A stretch of 64,000 nucleotides of DNA, taken from NCBI GenBank assembly GCA_964016885.1, contig OZ024742.1:300762001-300826000 (forward strand). The letters are read 5' to 3'. Of this stretch, positions 1-17,282 are shown piece after piece. The position numbers and the translations under genes are program-made. A model generated the notes under the pieces. It had not been told where the DNA came from and made no database searches. It was given only the letters and a program-made list of their open reading frames with translations. The stretch is from Eledone cirrhosa. Taxonomy: Eukaryota. How positions within the stretch are numbered: the stretch's first letter is position 1; the number at the start of each line of letters is the position of its first letter.

Positions 1-3000
1 ACACAGAGGACTAGATACCAGTACACCTCATATATTTCATCTCACTCTACACAGAGGACTAGATACCAGCACACCTCGTATATTCCATCACACTCTACAC
101 AGATGACTAGATACCAGCACACCTCATATATTCCATCTCCCTCTACACAGATGACTAGATACCAGCACACCTCTTATATTCCATCTCACTCTACACAGAG
201 GACTAGATACCAGCACAGCTCATATATTTCATGTCACTCTACACAGAGGAGTAGATACCAGCACACCTCATATATTCCATCTCACTCTACACAGAGGACT
301 AGATACCAGCACACCTCATATATTCCATCTCACTCTACACAGATGACTGGTTACCAGGACACCTCATATATTTCATCTCACTCTACACAGAGGACTAGAT
401 ACCAGCTTACCTCATATATTTCATCTCACTCTACACAGATGACTAGATACAAGTACATCTCATATATTCCATCTCACTCTACACAGAGGACTAGATACCA
501 GCACACCTCATATATTCCATCTCACTCTACATAGAGGACTAGATACCAGCACACCTCATATATTCCATCTCACTCTACACGGATGACTAGATACCAGCAC
601 ACCTCGTATATTTCATCTCACTCTACACAGATGACTAGATACCAGTACAGCTCATATATTCCATCTCACTCTACAGAGAGGACTAGATACCAGCACACCT
701 CATATATCCAGCTCACTCTACACAGATGACTAGATACCAGCACGCCTCATATATTCCATCTCACTCTACACAGATGACTAGATACCAGCACACCTCATAT
801 ATTCCATCTCACTCTACACAGAGGAGTAGATACCAGCACACCTCATATATTCCATCTCACTCTACACAGAGGACTAGATACCAGTACACCTCATATATTC
901 CATCTCACTCTACACAGAGGACTAGATACCAGCACACCTCATATATTCCATATCACTCTACACAGAGGACTAGATACCAGTACACCTCGTATATTCCATC
1001 TCACTCTATACAGATGACTAGATACCAGCACACCTCATATATTCCATCTCACTCTACACAGAGGACTAGATACCAGTACACCTCATATATTCCATCTCAC
1101 TCTACACAGAGGACTAGATACCAGCACACCTCGTATATTCCATCTGACTCTACACAAAGGACTAGATACCAGCACACCTCATATATTCCATCTCACTCTA
1201 CACAGAGGACTAGATACCAGTACACCTCGTATATTCCATCTCACTCTACACAGATGACTAGATACCAGCACACCTCATATATTCCATCTCACTCTACACA
1301 GAGGAGTAGATACCAGCACACCTCATATATTCCATCTCACTCTACACAGAGGACTAGATACCAGCACACCTCGTATATTCCAGCTCACTCTACACAGATG
1401 ACTAGATACCAGCACACCTCATATATTCCATCTCACTCTACACAGATGACTAGATACCAGCACACCTCATATATTCCATCTCACTCTACACAGAGGAGTA
1501 GATACCAGCACACCTCATATATTCCATCTCACTCTACACAGAGGACTAGATACCAGTACACCTCATATATTCCATCTCACTCTACAGAGAGGACTAGATA
1601 CCAGCACACCTCATATATTCCATCTCACTCTACACAGAGGAGTAGATACCAGCCCACCTCGTATATTCCATCTCACTCTACACAGAGGACTAGATACCAG
1701 CACACCTCATATATTGCATCTCACTCTACACAGAGGACTAGATACCAGCACACCTCATATATTCCATCTCACTCTACACAGAGGAGTAGATACCAGCACA
1801 CCTCATATATTCCATCTCACTCTACACAGAGGACTAGATACCAGTACACCTCATATATTCCATCTCACTCTACACAGAGGAGTAGATACAAGCACACCTC
1901 ATATATTCCATCTCACTCTACACAGAGGACTAGATACCAGCACACCTCGTATATTCCATCTCACTCTACACAGAGGACTAGATACCAGCACACCTCATAT
2001 ATTCCATCTCACTTTACGCAGAGGAGTAGATACCAGCACACCTCATATATTCCATCTCACTCTACACAGATGACTAGATACCAGCACACCTCATATATTC
2101 CATATCACTCTACACAGAGGACTAGATACCAGTACACCTCGTATATTCCATCTCACTCTATACAGATGACTAGATACCAGCACACCTCATATATTCCATC
2201 TCACTCTACACAGAGGACTAGATACCAGCACACCTCATATATTCCATCTCACTCTACACAGAGGACTAGATACCAGCACACCTCATATATTCCATCTCAC
2301 TCTACACAGAGGACTAGATACCAGCACACCTCATATATTCCATCTCACTCTACACAGAGGACTAGATACCAGCACACCTCATATATTCCATCTCACTCTA
2401 CACAGAGGACTAGATACCAGCACACCGCATATATTCCATCTCACTCTACACAGAGGACTAGATACCAGCACACCTCATATATTCCATCTCACTCTACACA
2501 GAGGACTAGATACCAGCACACCTCATATATTCCATCTCACTCTACACAGAGGACTAGATACCAGCACACCTCATATATTCCATCTCACTCTACACAGAGG
2601 ACTAGATACCAGCACACCTCATATATTCCATCTCACTCTACACAAAGGACTAGATACCAGCACACCTCATATATTCCATCTCACTCTACACAGAGGACTA
2701 GATACCAGCACAGCTCATATATTTCATGTCACTCTACACAGAGGAGTAGATACCAGCACACCTCATATATTCCATCTCACTCTACACAGAGGACTAGATA
2801 CCAGTACACCTCATATATTTCATCTCACTCTACACAGAGGACTAGATACCAGCACACCTCGTATATTCCATCTCACTCTACACAGATGACTAGATACCAG
2901 CACACCTCATATATTCCATCTCCCTCTACACAGATGACTAGATACCAGCACACCTCTTATATTCCATCTCACTCTACACAGAGGACTAGATACCAGCACA

Positions 3001-6000
3001 GCTCATATATTTCATGTCACTCTACACAGAGGAGTAGATACCAGCACACCTCATATATTCCATCTCACTCTACACAGAGGACTAGATACCAGCACACCTC
3101 ATATATTCCATCTCACTCTACACAGATGACTGGATACCAGGACACCTCATATATTTCATCTCACTCTACACAGAGGACTAGATACCAGCTTACCTCATAT
3201 ATTTCATCTCACTCTACACAGATGACTAGATACAAGTACATCTCATATATTCCATCTCACTCTACACAGAGGACTAGATACCAGCACACCTCATATATTC
3301 CATCTCACTCTACATAGAGGACTAGATACCAGCACACCTCATATATTCCATCTCACTCTACACGGATGACTAGATACCAGCACACCTCGTATATTTCATC
3401 TCACTCTACACAGATGACGAGATACCAGTACAGCTCATATATTCCATCTCACTCTACAGAGAGGACTAGATACCAGCACACCTCATATATTCCAGCTCAC
3501 TCTACACAGATGACTAGATACCAGCACACCTCATATATTCCATCTCACTCTACACAGATGACTAGATACCAGCACACCTCATATATTCCATCTCACTCTA
3601 CACAGAGGAGTAGATACCAGCACACCTCATATATTCCATCTCACTCTACACAGAGGAGTAGATACCAGCACACCTCATATATTCCATCTCACTCTACACA
3701 GAGGACTAGATACCAGTACACCTCATATATTCCATCTCACTCTACACAGAGGAGTAGATACAAGCACACCTCATATATTCCATCTCACTCTACACAGAGG
3801 ACTAGATACCAGCACACCTCATATATTCCATCTCACTCTACACAGAGGACTAGATACCAGCACACCTCATATATTCCATCTCACTTTACGCAGATGAGTA
3901 GATACCAGCCCACCTCATATATTCCATCTCACTCTACACACAGGACTAGATACCAGCACACCTCATATATTCCATCTCACTCTACACAGAGGACTAGATA
4001 CCAGCACACCTCATATATTCCATCTCACTCTACACAGAGGAGTAGATACCAGCACACCTCATATATTCCATCTCACTCTACACAGAGGACTAGCTACCAG
4101 CACACCTCATATATTCCATCTCACTCTACACAGAGGACTAGATACCAGTACACCTCATATATTACATCTTACTCTACACAGAGGACTAGATACCAGTACT
4201 GCTCATATTCCACTCACTCTACACAGAGGAGTAGATACCTTCACACCTCGTATATTCCATCTCACTCTACACAGAGGACTGGATACCAGCACACCTCATA
4301 TATTCCATCTCACTCTACACAGAGGACTAGATACCAGTACACCTCATATATTCCATCTCACTTTACGCAGATGACTAGATACCAGTACACCACGTATATT
4401 CCATCTCACTCTACACAGAGGAGTAGATACCAGCACACCTCGTATATTTCATCTTACTCTACACAGAGGACTAGATACCAGCACACCTCATATATTCCAT
4501 CTCACTCTACACAGAGGAGAGATACCAGCATACCTCATATATTCCATCTCACTCTACACAGAGGACTAGATACCAGCACACCTCATATATTCCATCTCAC
4601 TCTACACAGAGGACTAGATACCAGCACACCTCATATATTCCATCTCACTCTACACAGAGGACTAGATACCAGCACACCTCGTATATTCCATCTCACTCTA
4701 CACAGAGGACTAGATACCAGTACATCTCATATATTCCATCTCACTCTACACAGAGGACTAGATACCAGCACACCTCATATATTCCATCTCACTCTACACA
4801 GAGGAGTAGATACCAGCACACCTCATATATTCCATCTCACTCTACACAGAGGACTAGATACCAGTACACCTCATATATTCCATCTCACTCTACACAGAGG
4901 AGTAGATACCAGCCCACCTCGTATATTCCATCTCACTCTACACAGAGGACTAGATACCAGCACACCTCATATATTCCATCTCACTCTACGCAGATGACTA
5001 GATACCAGCACACCTCATCTATTCCATCTCACTCTACACAGAGGACTAGATACCAGTACACCACGTATATTCCATCTCACTCTACACAGAGGAGTAGATA
5101 CCAGCACACCTCGTATATTTCATCTCACTCTACACAGAGGACTAGATACCAGCACACCTCATATATTCCATCTCACTCTACACAGAGGACTAGATACCAG
5201 TACACCTCATATATTCCATCTCACTCTAAACAGAGGACTGGATACCAGCACACCTCATATATTCCATCTCACTCTACACAGAGGACTAGATACCAGCACA
5301 CCTCATATATTCAATCTCACTCTACACAGAAGACTAGATGCCAGCACACCTCATATATTCTATCTCATTCTACATAGAGGAGTAGTTACCAGTACACCTC
5401 ATATATTTCATCTCACTCTACACAGAGGATTAGATACCAGCACACCTCATATATTCCATCTCACTCTACACAGAGGACTAGATACCAGCACACCTCATAT
5501 ATTCCATCTCACTCTACACAGAAGACTAGATACCAGCACACCTCATATATTCCATCTCACTCTACAGAGAGGAGTAGATACCAGCACACCTCATATATTC
5601 CATCTCACTCTACACAGAGGACTAGATACCAGCACACCTCGTATATTCCATCTCACTCTACACAGATGACTGGATACCAGCACAATCATATATTTCATAT
5701 CATTCTACAGAGAGGAGTAGATACCAGTACACCTCATATATTCCATCTCACTCTACACGGATGACTAGATACCAGCACACCTCGTATATTTCATCTCACT
5801 CTACAGAGAGGAGTAGATACCAGCACACCTCATATATTCCATCTCACTCTACACAGATGACTAGATACCAGCACACCTCGTATATTCCATATCACTCTAC
5901 ACAGAGGACTAGATACCAGCACACCTCATATATTCCATCTCACTTTACGCAGAGGAGTAAATACCAGCACACCTCATATATTCCGTCTCACTCTACACAG

Positions 6001-9000
6001 AGGACTAGATACCAGTACACCTCTTATATTCCATCTCACTCTACACAGAGGAGTAGATACCAGCACACCTCATATATTCCATCTCACTCTACACAGAGGA
6101 CTAGATACCAGCACACCTCGTATATTCCATCTCACTCTACACAGAGGACTAGATACCAGCACATCTCATATATTCCATCTCACTCTACACAGAGGACTAG
6201 ATACCAGCACACCTCATATATTCCATCTCACGCTACACAGAGGACTAGATACCAGTACACCTCATATATTCCATCTCACTTTACGCAGATGACTAGATAT
6301 CAGTACACCACGTATATTCCATCTCACTCTACACAGAGGAGTAGATACCAGCACACCTCGTATATTTCATCTTACTCTACACAGAGGACTAGATACCAGC
6401 ACACCTCATATATTCCATCTCACTCTACAGAGAGGAGAGATACCAGCATACCTCATATATTCCATCTCACTCTACATAGAGGACTAGATACCAGCATACC
6501 TCATATATTCCATCTCACTCTACACAGAGGACTAGATACCAGCACACCTCATATATTCCATCTCACTCTACACAGAGGACTAGATACCAGCACACCTCAT
6601 ATATTCCATCTCACTCTACACAGAGGACTAGATACCAGTACACCTCGTATATTCCATCTCACTCTACACAGAGGACTAGATACCAGCACATCTCATATAT
6701 TCCATCTCACTGTACACAGAGGACTAGATACCAGCACACCTCATATATTCCATCTCACTCTACACAGAGGAGTAGATACCAGCACAGCTCATATATTCCA
6801 TCTCACTCTACACAGAGGACTAGATACCAGTACACCTCATATATTCCATCTCACTCTACAGAGAGGACTAGATACCAGCACACCTCATATATTCCATCTC
6901 ACTCTACACAGAGGAGTAGATACCAGCCCACCTCGTATATTCCATCTCACTCTACACAGAGGACTAGATACCAGCACACCTCATATATTCCATCTCACTC
7001 TACACAGAGGACTGGATACCAGTACACCTCATATATTCCATCTCACTTTACGCAGATGACTAGATACCAGCACACCTCATCTATTCCATCTCACTCTACA
7101 CAGAGGACTAGATACCAGTACACCACGTATATTCCATCTCACTCTACACAGAGGAGTAGATACCAGCACACATCGTATATTTCATCTCACTCTACACAGA
7201 GGACTAGATACCAGCACACCTCATGTATTCCATCTCACTCTACACAGAGGACTAGATACCAGCACACCTCATATATTCCATCTCACTCTAAACAGAGAAC
7301 TGGATACCAGCACACCTCATATATTCCATCTCACTCTACACAGAGGACTAGATACCAGCACAGCTCATATATTTCATGTCACTCTACACAGAGGAGTAGA
7401 TACCAGCACACCTCATATATTCCATCTCACTCTACACAGAGGACTAGATACCAGCACACCTCATATATTCCATCTCACTCTACACAGAAGACTAGATACA
7501 AGCCCACCTCGTATATTCCATCTCACTCTACACAGAGGAGTGGATACCAGTACACCTCATATATTCCATCTCACATTACGCAGATGACTAGATACCAGCA
7601 CACCTCATCTATTCCATCTCACTCTACACAGAGGACTAGATACCAGTACACCACGTATATTCCATCTCACTCTACACAGAGGAGTAGATACCAGCACACC
7701 TCGTATATTTCATCTCACTCTACACAGAGGACTAGATACCAGCACACCTCATATATTCCATCTCACTCTACACAGAGGACTAGATACCAGCACACCTCAT
7801 ATATTCCATCTCACTCTAAACAGAGGACTGGATACCAGCACACCTCATATATTCCATCTCACTCTACACAGATGACTAGATACCAGCACACCTCATATAT
7901 TCCATCTCACTCTACACAAAAGACTAGATGCCAGCACACCTCATATATTCCATCTCATTCTACATAGAGGACTAGATACCAGTACACCTCATATATTTCA
8001 TCTCACTCTACACAGATGACTAGATACCAGCACACCTCATATATTCCATCTCACTCTACAGAGAGGAGTAGATACCAGCACACCTCATATATTCCATCTC
8101 ACTCTACACAGAGGACTAGATACCAGCACACCTCGTATATTCCATCTCACTCTACACAGAGGACTAGATACCAGCACATCTCATATATTCCATCTCACTC
8201 TACACAGAGGACTAGATACCAGCACACCTCATATATTCCATCTCACTCTACACAGAGGAGTAGATACCAGCACAGCTCATATATTCCATCTCACTCTACA
8301 CAGAGGACTAGATACCAGTACACCTCATATATTCCATCTCACTCTACAGAGAGGACTAGATACCAGCACACCTCATATATTCCATCTCACTCTACACAGA
8401 GGAGTAGATACCAGCCCACCTTGTATATTCCATCTCACTCTACACAGAGGACTAGATACCAGCACACCTCATATATTCCATCTCACTCTACACAGAGGAC
8501 TGGATACCAGTACACCTCATATATTCCATCTCACTTTACGCAGATGACTAGATACCAGCACACCTCATCTATTCCATCTCACTCTACACAGAGGACTAGA
8601 TACCAGTACACCACGTATATTCCATCTCACTCTACACAGAGGACTAGATACCAGCACACCTCATGTATTCCATCTCACTCTACACAGAGGACTAGATACC
8701 AGCACACCTCATATATTCCATCTCACTCTAAACAGAGGACTGGATACCAGCACACCTCATATATTCCATCTCACTCTACACAGAGGACTAGATACCAGCA
8801 CAGCTCATATATTTCATGTCACTCTACACAGAGGAGTAGATACCAGCACACCTCATATATTCCATCTCACTCTACACAGAGGACTAGATACCAGCACACC
8901 TCATATATTCCATCTCACTCTACACAGAAGACTAGATACAAGCCCACCTCGTATATTCCATCTCACTCTACACAGAGGACTAGATACCAGCACACCTCAT

Positions 9001-12000
9001 ATATTCCATCTCACTCTACACAGAGGAGTGGATACCAGTACACCTCATATATTCCATCTCACATTACGCAGATGACTAGATACCAGCACACCTCATCTAT
9101 TCCATCTCACTCTACACAGAGGACTAGATACCAGTACACCACGTATATTCCATCTCACTCTACACAGAGGAGTAGATACCAGCACACCTCGTATATTTCA
9201 TCTCACTCTACACAGAGGACTAGATACCAGCACACCTCATATATTCCATCCCACTCTACACAGAGGACTAGATACCAGCACACCTCATATATTCCATCTC
9301 ACTCTAAACAGAGGACTGGATACCAGCACACCTCATATATTCCATCTCACTCTACACAGATGACTAGATACCAGCACACCTCATATATTCCATCTCACTC
9401 TACACAAAAGACTAGATGCCAGCACACCTCATATATTCCATCTCATTCTACATAGAGGACTAGATACCAGTACACCTCATGTATTTCATCTCACTCTACA
9501 CAGATGACTAGATACCAGCACACCTCATATATTCCATCTCACTCTACAGAGAGGAGTAGATACCAGCACACCTCATATATTCCATCTCCCTCTACACAGA
9601 GGACTAGATACCAGCACACCTCGTATATTCCATCTCACTCTACACAGATGACTGGATACCAGCACAATCATATATTTCATATCATTCTACAGAGAGGAGT
9701 AGATACCAGTACACCTCATATATTCCATCTCACTCTACACGGATGACTAGATACCAGCACACCTCATATATTTCATCTCACTCTACAGAGAGGAGTAGAT
9801 ACCAGCACACCTCATATATTCCATCTCACTCTACACAGATGACTAGATACCAGCACACCTCGTATATTCCATATCACTCTACACAGAGGACTAGATACCA
9901 GCACACCTCATATATTCCATCTCACTTTACGCAGAGGAGTAGATACCAGCACACCTCATATATTCCATCTCACTCTACACAGAGGACTAGATATCAGTAC
10001 ACCTCATATATTCCATCTCACTCTACACAGAGGAGTAGATACCAGCACACCTCATATATTCCATCTCACTCTACATAGAGGACTAGATCCCAGCACACCT
10101 CATATATTCCATCTCACTCTACACAGAGGACTAGATACCAGCACACCTCGTATATTCCATCTCACTCTACACAGAGGACTAGATACCAGCACATCTCATA
10201 TATTCCATCTCACTCTACACAGAGGACTAGATACCAGCACACCTCATATATTCCATCTCACTCTACACAGAGGACTAGACACCAGTACACCTCATATATT
10301 CCATCTCACTTTACGCAGATGACTAGATACCAGTACACCACGTATATTCCATCTCACTCTACAGAGAGGAGTAGATACCAGCACACCTCGTATATTTCAT
10401 CTTACTCTACACAGAGGACTAGATACCAGCACACCTCATATATTCCATCTCACTCTACACAGAGGAGAGATACCAGCATACCTCATATATTCCATCTCAC
10501 TCTACATAGAGGACTAGATACCAGCATACCTCATATATTCCATCTCACTCTACACAGAGGACTAGATACCAGCACACCTCATATATTCCATCTCACTCTA
10601 CACAGAGGACTAGATACCAGCACACCTCATATATTCCATCTCACTCTACACAGAGGACTAGATACCAGCACACCTCGTATATTCCATCTCACTCTACACA
10701 GAGGACTAGATACCAGCACATCTCATATATTCCATCTCACTCTACACAGAGGACTAGATACCAGCACACCTCATATATTCCATCTCACTCTACACAGAGG
10801 AGTAGATACCAGCACACCTCATATATTCCATCTCACTCTACACAGAGGACTAGATACCAGTACACCTCATATATTCCATCTCACTCTACAGAGAGGACTA
10901 GATACCAGCACACCTCATATATTCCATCTCACTCTACACAGGGGAGTAGATACCAGCCCACCTCGTATATTCCATCTCACTCTACACAGAGGACTGGATA
11001 CCAGTACACCTCATATATTCCATCTCACTTTACGCAGATGACTAGATACCAGCACACCTCATCTATTCCATCTCACTCTACACAGAGGACTAGATACCAG
11101 TACACCACGTATATTCCATCTCACTCTACACAGAGGAGTAGATACCAGCACACCTCGTATATTTCATCTCACTCTACACAGAGGACTAGATACCAGCACA
11201 CCTCATATATTCCATCTCACTCTAAACAGAGGACTGGATACCAGCACACCTCATATATTCCATCTCACTCTACACAGAGGACTAGATACCAGCACAGCTC
11301 ATATATTTCATGTCACTCTACACAGAGGAGTAGATACCAGCACACCTCATATATTCCATCTCACTCTACACAGAGGACTAGATACCAGCACACCTCATAT
11401 ATTCCATCTCACTCTACACAGAAGACTAGATACCAGCACACCTCATATATTCCATCTCACTCTACAGAGAGGAGTAGATACCAGCACACCTCATATATTC
11501 CATCTCACTCTACACAGAGGACTAGATACCAGCACACCTCGTATATTCCATCTCACTCTACACAGATGACTGGATACCAGCACAATCATATATTTCATAT
11601 CATTCTACAGAGAGGAGTAGATACCAGTACACCTCATATATTCCATCTCAGTCTACACGGATGACTAGATACCAGCACACCTCGTATATTTCATCTCACT
11701 CTACAGAGAGGAGTAGATACCAGCACACCTCATATATTCCATCTCACTCTACACAGATGACTAGATACCAGCACACCTCGTATATTCCATATCACTCTAC
11801 ACAGAGGACTAGATACCAGCACACCTCATATATTCCATCTCACTTTACGCAGAGGAGTAGATACCAGCACACCTCATATATTCCATCTCACTCTACACAG
11901 AGGACTAGATACCAGTACACCTCATATATTCCATCTCACTCTACACAGAGGAGTAGATACCAGCACACCTCATATATTCCATCTCACTCTACATAGAGGA

Positions 12001-15000
12001 CTAGATCCCAGCACACCTCATATATTCCATCTCACGCTACACAGAGGACTAGATACCAGTACACATCGTATATTCCATCTCACTCTACACAGAGGACTAG
12101 ATACCAGCACATCTCATATATTCCATCTCACTCTACACAGAGGACTAGATACCAGCACACCTCATATATTCCATCTCACTCTACACAGAGGACTAGATAC
12201 CAGCACACCTCATATATTCCATCTCACTCTACACAGAGGACTAGATACCAGCACACCTCATATATTCCATCTCACTCTACACAGAGGACTAGATACCAGC
12301 ACACCTCATATATACCATCTCACTCTACACAGATGACTAGATACCAGCACACCTCATATATTCCATCTCACTCTACACAGAGGACTAGATACCAGCACAC
12401 CTCATATATTCCATCTCACTCTACACAGAGGACTAGATACCAGCACACCTCATATATTCCATCTCACTCTACACAGAGGACTAGATACCAGCACACCTCA
12501 TATATACCATCTCACTCTACACAGATGACTAGATACCAGCACACCTCACATATTCCATCTCACTACACAGAGGACTAGATACCAGCACACCTCATATATT
12601 CCATCTCACTCTACACAGAGGAGTAGATACCAGCACACCTCATATATTCCATCTCACTCTACACAGAGGACTAGATACCAGCACACCTCATATATTCCAT
12701 CTCACTCAACACAGAGGAGTAGATACCAGCACACCTCATATATTCCATCTCATTCTACACAGAGGACTAGATACCAGCACACCTCGTATATTCCATCTCA
12801 CTCTACACAGATGACTAGATACCAGCACACCTCATCTATTCCATCTCACTCTACACAGATGACTAGATACCAGTACACCTCGTATATTCCATCTCACTCT
12901 ACACAGATGACTAGATACCAGCACACCTCATATATTCCATCTCACTCTACACAGAGGACTAGATACCAGTACACATCGTATATTCCATCTCACTCTATAC
13001 AGATGACTAGATACCAGCACACCTCATATATTCCATCTCACGCTACACAGAGGACTAGATACCAGTACACCTCATATATTCCATCTCACTCTACACAGAG
13101 GACTAGATACCAGCACACCTCGTATATTCCATCTCACTCTACACAAAGGACTAGATACCAGCATACCTCATATATTCCATCTCACTCTACACAGAGGACT
13201 AGATACCAGTACACCTCGTATATTCCATCTCACTCTACACAGATGACTAGATACCAGCACACCTCATATATTCCATATCACTCTACACAGAGGAGTAGAT
13301 ACCAGCACACCTCATATATTCCATCTCACTCTACACAGAGGACTAGATACCAGTACACCTCATATATTTCATCTCACTCTACACAGAGGACTAGATACCA
13401 CCACACCTGATATATTCCATCTCACTCTACACAGAGGACTAGATACCAGCATACCTCATATATTCCATCTCACTCTACACAGATGACTGGATACCAGCAC
13501 ACCTCATATATTCCATCTCACTCTACACAGAGGACTAGATACCAGCACACCTAGTATATTCCATCACACTCTACACAGAGGACTAGATACCAGCACACCT
13601 CATATATTCCATCTCACTCTACACAGAGGACTAGATACCAGCACACCTCATATATTCCATCTCACTCTACACAGAGGACTAGATAGCAGCACACCTCATA
13701 TATTCCAGTTCACTCTACACAGAGGAGTAGATACCAGCACACCTCATATATTCCATCTCACTCTACACAGAGGACTAGATACCAGCATACCTCATATATT
13801 CCATCTAACTCTACACAGAGGACTAGATACCAGCACACCTCATATATTCCAGCTCACTCAACACAGAGGACTAGATACCAGCACACCTCGTATATTCCAT
13901 CTCACTCTACACAAAGGACTTGATACCAGTACACCTCATATATTCCATCTCACTCTACACAGAGGACTAGATACCAGCACACCTCATATATTCCATCTCA
14001 CTCTACACAGAGGAGTAGATACCAGCACACCTCGTATATTTCATCTCACTCTACACAGAGGACTAGATACCAGCACACCTCATATATTCCATCTCACTCT
14101 AAACAGAGGACTGGATACCAGCACACCTCATATATTCCATCTCACTCTACACAGAGGACTAGATACCAGCACAGCTCATATATTTCATGTCACTCTACAC
14201 AGAGGAGTAGATACCAGCACACCTCATATATTCCATCTCACTCTACACAGAGGACTAGATACCAGCACACCTCATATATTCCATCTCACTCTACACAGAA
14301 GACTAGATACCAGCACACCTCATATATTCCATCTCACTCTACAGAGAGGAGTAGATACCAGCACACCTCATATATTCCATCTCACTCTACACAGAGGACT
14401 AGATACCAGCACACCTCGTATATTCCATCTCACTCTACACAGATGACTGGATACCAGCACAATCATATATTTCATATCATTCTACAGAGAGGAGTAGATA
14501 CCAGTACACCTCATATATTCCATCTCACTCTACACGGATGACTAGATACCAGCACACCTCGTATATTTCATCTCACTCTACAGAGAGGAGTAGATACCAG
14601 CACACCTCATATATTCCATCTCACTCTACACAGAGGACTAGATACCAGCACACCTCATATATACCATCTCACTCTACACAGATGACTAGATACCAGCACA
14701 CCTCATATATTCCATCTCACTCTACACAGAGGACTAGATACCAGCACACCTCATATATTCCATCTCACTCTACACAGAGGACTAGATACCAGCACACCTC
14801 ATATATTCCATCTCACTCTACACAGAGGACTAGATACCAGCACACCTCATATATACCATCTCACTCTACACAGATGACTAGATACCAGCACACCTCATAT
14901 ATTCCATCTCACTACACAGAGGACTAGATACCAGCACACCTCATATATTCCATCTCACTCTACACAGTGGAGTAGATACCAGCACACCTCATATATTCCA

Positions 15001-16886
15001 TCTCACTCTACACAGAGGACTAGATACCAGCACACCTCATATATTCCATCTCACTCAACACAGAGGAGTAGATACCAGCACACCTCATATATTCCATCTC
15101 ATTCTACACAGAGGACTAGATACCAGCACACCTCGTATATTCCATCTCACTCTACACAGATGACTAGATACCAGCACACCTCATCTATTCCATCTCACTC
15201 TACACAGATGACTAGATACCAGTACACCTCGTATATTCCATCTCACTCTACACAGATGACTAGATACCAGCACACCTCATATATTCCATCTCACTCTACA
15301 CAGAGGACTAGATACCAGTACACATCGTATATTCCATCTCACTCTATACAGATGACTAGATACCAGCACACCTCATATATTCCATCTCACTCTACACAGA
15401 GGACTAGATACCAGTACACCTCGTATATTCCATCTCACTCTACACAGATGACTAGATACCAGCACACCTCATATATTCCATATCACTCTACACAGAGGAG
15501 TAGATACCAGCACACCTCATATATTCCATCTCACTATACACAGAGGACTAGATACCAGTACACCTCATATATTTCATCTCACTCTACACAGAGGACTAGA
15601 TACCACCACACCTGATATATTCCATCTCACTCTACACAGAGGACTAGATACCAGCATACCTCATATATTCCATCTCACTCTACACAGATGACTGGATACC
15701 AGCACACCTCATATATTCCATCTCACTCTACACAGAGGACTAGATACCAGCACACCTCGTATATTCCATCACACTCTACACAGAGGACTAGATACCAGCA
15801 CACCTCATATATTCCATCTCACTCTACACAGAGGACTAGATACCAGCACACCTCGTATATTCCATCTCACTCTACACAGAGGACTAGATAGCAGCACACC
15901 TCATATATTCCAGTTCACTCTACACAGAGGAGTAGATACCAGCACACCTCATATATTCCATCTCACTCTACACAGAGGACTAGATACCAGCATACCTCAT
16001 ATATTCCATCTAACTCTACACAGAGGACTAGATACCAGCACACCTCATATATTCCAGCTCACTCAACACAGAGGACTAGATACCAGCACACCTCGTATAT
16101 TCCATCTCACTCTACACAAAGGACTTGATACCAGTACACCTCATATATTCCATCTCACTCTACACAGAGGACTAGATACCAGCACACCTCATATATTCCA
16201 TCTCACTCTACACAGAGGACTAGATACCAGCACACCTCATATATTCCATCTCACTCTACACAGAGGACTAGATACCAGCACACCTCATATATTCCATCTC
16301 ACTCTACACAGAGGACTAGATACCAGCACACCTCATATATTCCATCTCACTCTACACAGAGGACTAGATAGCAGCACACCTCATATATTCCAGCTCACTC
16401 TACACAGAGGAGTAGATACCAGCACACCTCATATGTTCCATCTCACTCTACACAGAGGACTAGATACCAGCACACCTCATATATTCCATCTCACTCTACA
16501 CAGAGGAGTAGATACCAGCACACCTCATATATTCCATCTCACTCTACACAGAGGACTAGATACCACCACACCTCATATATTTCATCTCACTCTACACAGA
16601 GAACTGGATACCAGCACACCTCATATATTCCATCTCACTCTACACAGAGGACTAGATACCAGCACACCTCATATATTCCATCTCACTCTACACAGATGAC
16701 TAGATACCAGCACACCTCATATATTCCATCTCACTCTACACAGAGGACTAGATACCAGCACACCTCATATATTCCATCTCACTCTACACAGATGACTAGA
16801 TACCAGCACACCTCATATATTTCATCTCACTCTACACAGAGGACTGGATACCAGCACACCTCGTATATTCCATCTCACTCTACACA
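1..16886. repeat. 48-bp tandem satellite, ~350 copies, runs off the window start
   Basis: Consensus ACACAGAGGACTAGATACCAGCACACCTCATATATTCCATCTCACTCT repeats continuously with point variants and rare 1-nt indels, then ends abruptly at ...CTCTACACA 16886. Confidence 0.99.
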
Positions 16887-17184
16887 ACAAGAATTTCTTC
16901 TTTTGCCATACAACAACGCAATGACTGTTCATCACACTCAATTTCTACTTTTCATTCTGATCCTTAAATCATACTGCTATTTTGTTTGAATGAGGCTGTC
17001 ACTGCTATTTCTAAAACCAAGCTGGTTTCAGTCTTGTGCATACATCTATTACTAGCATGAGCACTTTTAATATTTGATTCTGATCATAAGTTTGCTTAAT
17101 TGAAGTTGACTTATATACGAGGTGTGCTGGCATTCTGTCTGCCAGAGCTGTGAGCAGGCCAGCGCGTGGACTCCATTTGCTCAC

Positions 17185-17282
17185 CATACAGAGAGATGGG
17201 AGGGCAAGAGAGATGGAGGTGATGACAGTGGGAGTTCGGCTCTTCCACATTCGGACCATATCCTTGTGGTTGTGTTCATTAT
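17185..17282 (-). CDS. Tentative further exon of the alpha-mannosidase gene (poorly conserved linker)
   Basis: tatag acceptor and gtgag donor. 98 nt, phase 1 to 0, compatible with exon 18696-18828. Reads NNEHNHKDMVRMWKSRTPTVITSISLALPSLCM with no diagnostic motif. Confidence 0.35.

Noticed and set aside
103-16989. Long ORFs of repeated TRYQHTSYIPSHSTQR
   Set aside because: They result from a 48-bp unit divisible by three. Scattered stops and frameshifts are copied along with the blocks, and there is no unique N- or C-terminus.
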